Shown here one piece after another: positions 31,704 through 32,561 of a stretch of 32,561 nt of DNA. Under the pieces are notes generated by a model. The model ran no database searches. It was not told the origin of the DNA and saw nothing but the letters and a program-made list of their open reading frames with translations. The translations under genes were made by a program, and so were the position numbers. The stretch is from Octopus bimaculoides (taxonomy: Eukaryota). Location of the stretch: contig NC_068982.1 in NCBI RefSeq assembly GCF_001194135.2, positions 55,230,663-55,263,223 on the forward strand, given 5' to 3'. How positions within the stretch are numbered: position 1 is the first letter of the stretch; every line of letters starts with the position of its first letter.

Positions 31704-31767
31704 ACCAATTCGCTGATCCACCAATTTGCTGGTTCACCATTTCGTTGATCCATTAATTCGTTGATTC
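31704..31767. repeat. Four degenerate 16-bp tandem units
   Basis: accaattcgctgatcc / accaatttgctggttc / accatttcgttgatcc / attaattcgttgattc. Confidence 0.85.
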
Positions 31768-32174
31768 ATCACTTAGATACGTTCAGCATACGGAAACACC
31801 CAACACAAAACTAGACGCATGCGCAAATGCAAAGTTGACATAAAAAGATATGAAACCGTCAACTATGAAAGCGATATTACTCCAGTATGGCCTTAGCTTT
31901 CTGTGATAACTCGAACAAAAGACATTAAGAACTAGAGTCAAAACAAACTAATCATACGGTCATGGTCCTACCTCGAACATACAAAATGCCTGGGAGGGGA
32001 AAAGCAGGAACATTACAAAACCCGCTTTCTCCTTCCACTGTTATAAATTTGCGGTCTTGTGCCTGTATGTAAGAAATCTATATTATATAGCTTCTCCAAT
32101 CTTGGCATACGATCTTTACTACAATGATAAATATTTTGTCAAAAACAATCTCCCTGGCGCATTAAACTCACCAT

Positions 32175-32350
32175 ACACACATAAACACACACATACACGA
32201 AGGCATATATACACACATACACGAAGGCATATATACACACATACACGAAGGCATATATACACACAAACACACAAACACACACACACACACAGATGCACGC
32301 ACACACACACACACATACACTCACATACAACGCACACATACATATACACC
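32175..32350. repeat. (CA)n-rich tract with a 22-bp unit repeated three times (acacacatacacgaaggcatat)
   Basis: Direct. Confidence 0.9.
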
Positions 32351-32521
32351 CAGTGTCACTGGCCCCTGAAGTGGTGCCCTCAACTTTTAGCAAAGACCAG
32401 CTGATAGAGCAGTAAACTTGCCAGCTGTGATAGCGAGTTCTAGATATATTTGCTAACAACGCCGCTCTGTCACTTGTGTTGACTGAAATGTCCAGTGCCG
32501 ATAGAATGCAGATGTGATGTA

Positions 32522-32524
<3 letters not shown>

Positions 32525-32561
<37 letters not shown>
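32525..32561. repeat. (TG)n microsatellite running to the window end
   Basis: Direct. Confidence 0.95.

Overview
This is AT-rich eukaryotic genomic DNA from a gapped short-read scaffold with five N-gaps. It is almost certainly a coleoid cephalopod, probably Octopus; that assignment rests on my recollection of the repeat families and was not checked against a database. The window is intronic or intergenic and dominated by microsatellites and mobile elements. It holds about 19 copies of one ~210-bp tRNA-headed SINE (family A here), often in head-to-tail arrays, and about 8 pieces of a second SINE (family B). Non-LTR retrotransposon relics include an L1/Tx1-like ORF2 piece with an open frame that the ORF track missed, plus three elements with restriction-like endonucleases (R4/Dong-like, unassigned, HERO-like). 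DNA-transposon relics include an internally deleted mariner, a pogo/Tc2-like element, hAT MITEs, a Helentron-type HINE and MULE-like termini. A Penelope-like inverted repeat carries hammerhead-ribozyme half-motifs. I could not identify a host protein-coding gene; a few small plus-strand exon candidates are given at low confidence. Most ORFs in the track are artefacts of microsatellites, N-gaps or antisense reading of transposons. I found no clearly new biological system. The best leads are the inverted hammerhead-like pair, microsatellite-targeting retrotransposons, apparent self-targeting of SINE A and inverted SINE pairs as possible A-to-I editing substrates.
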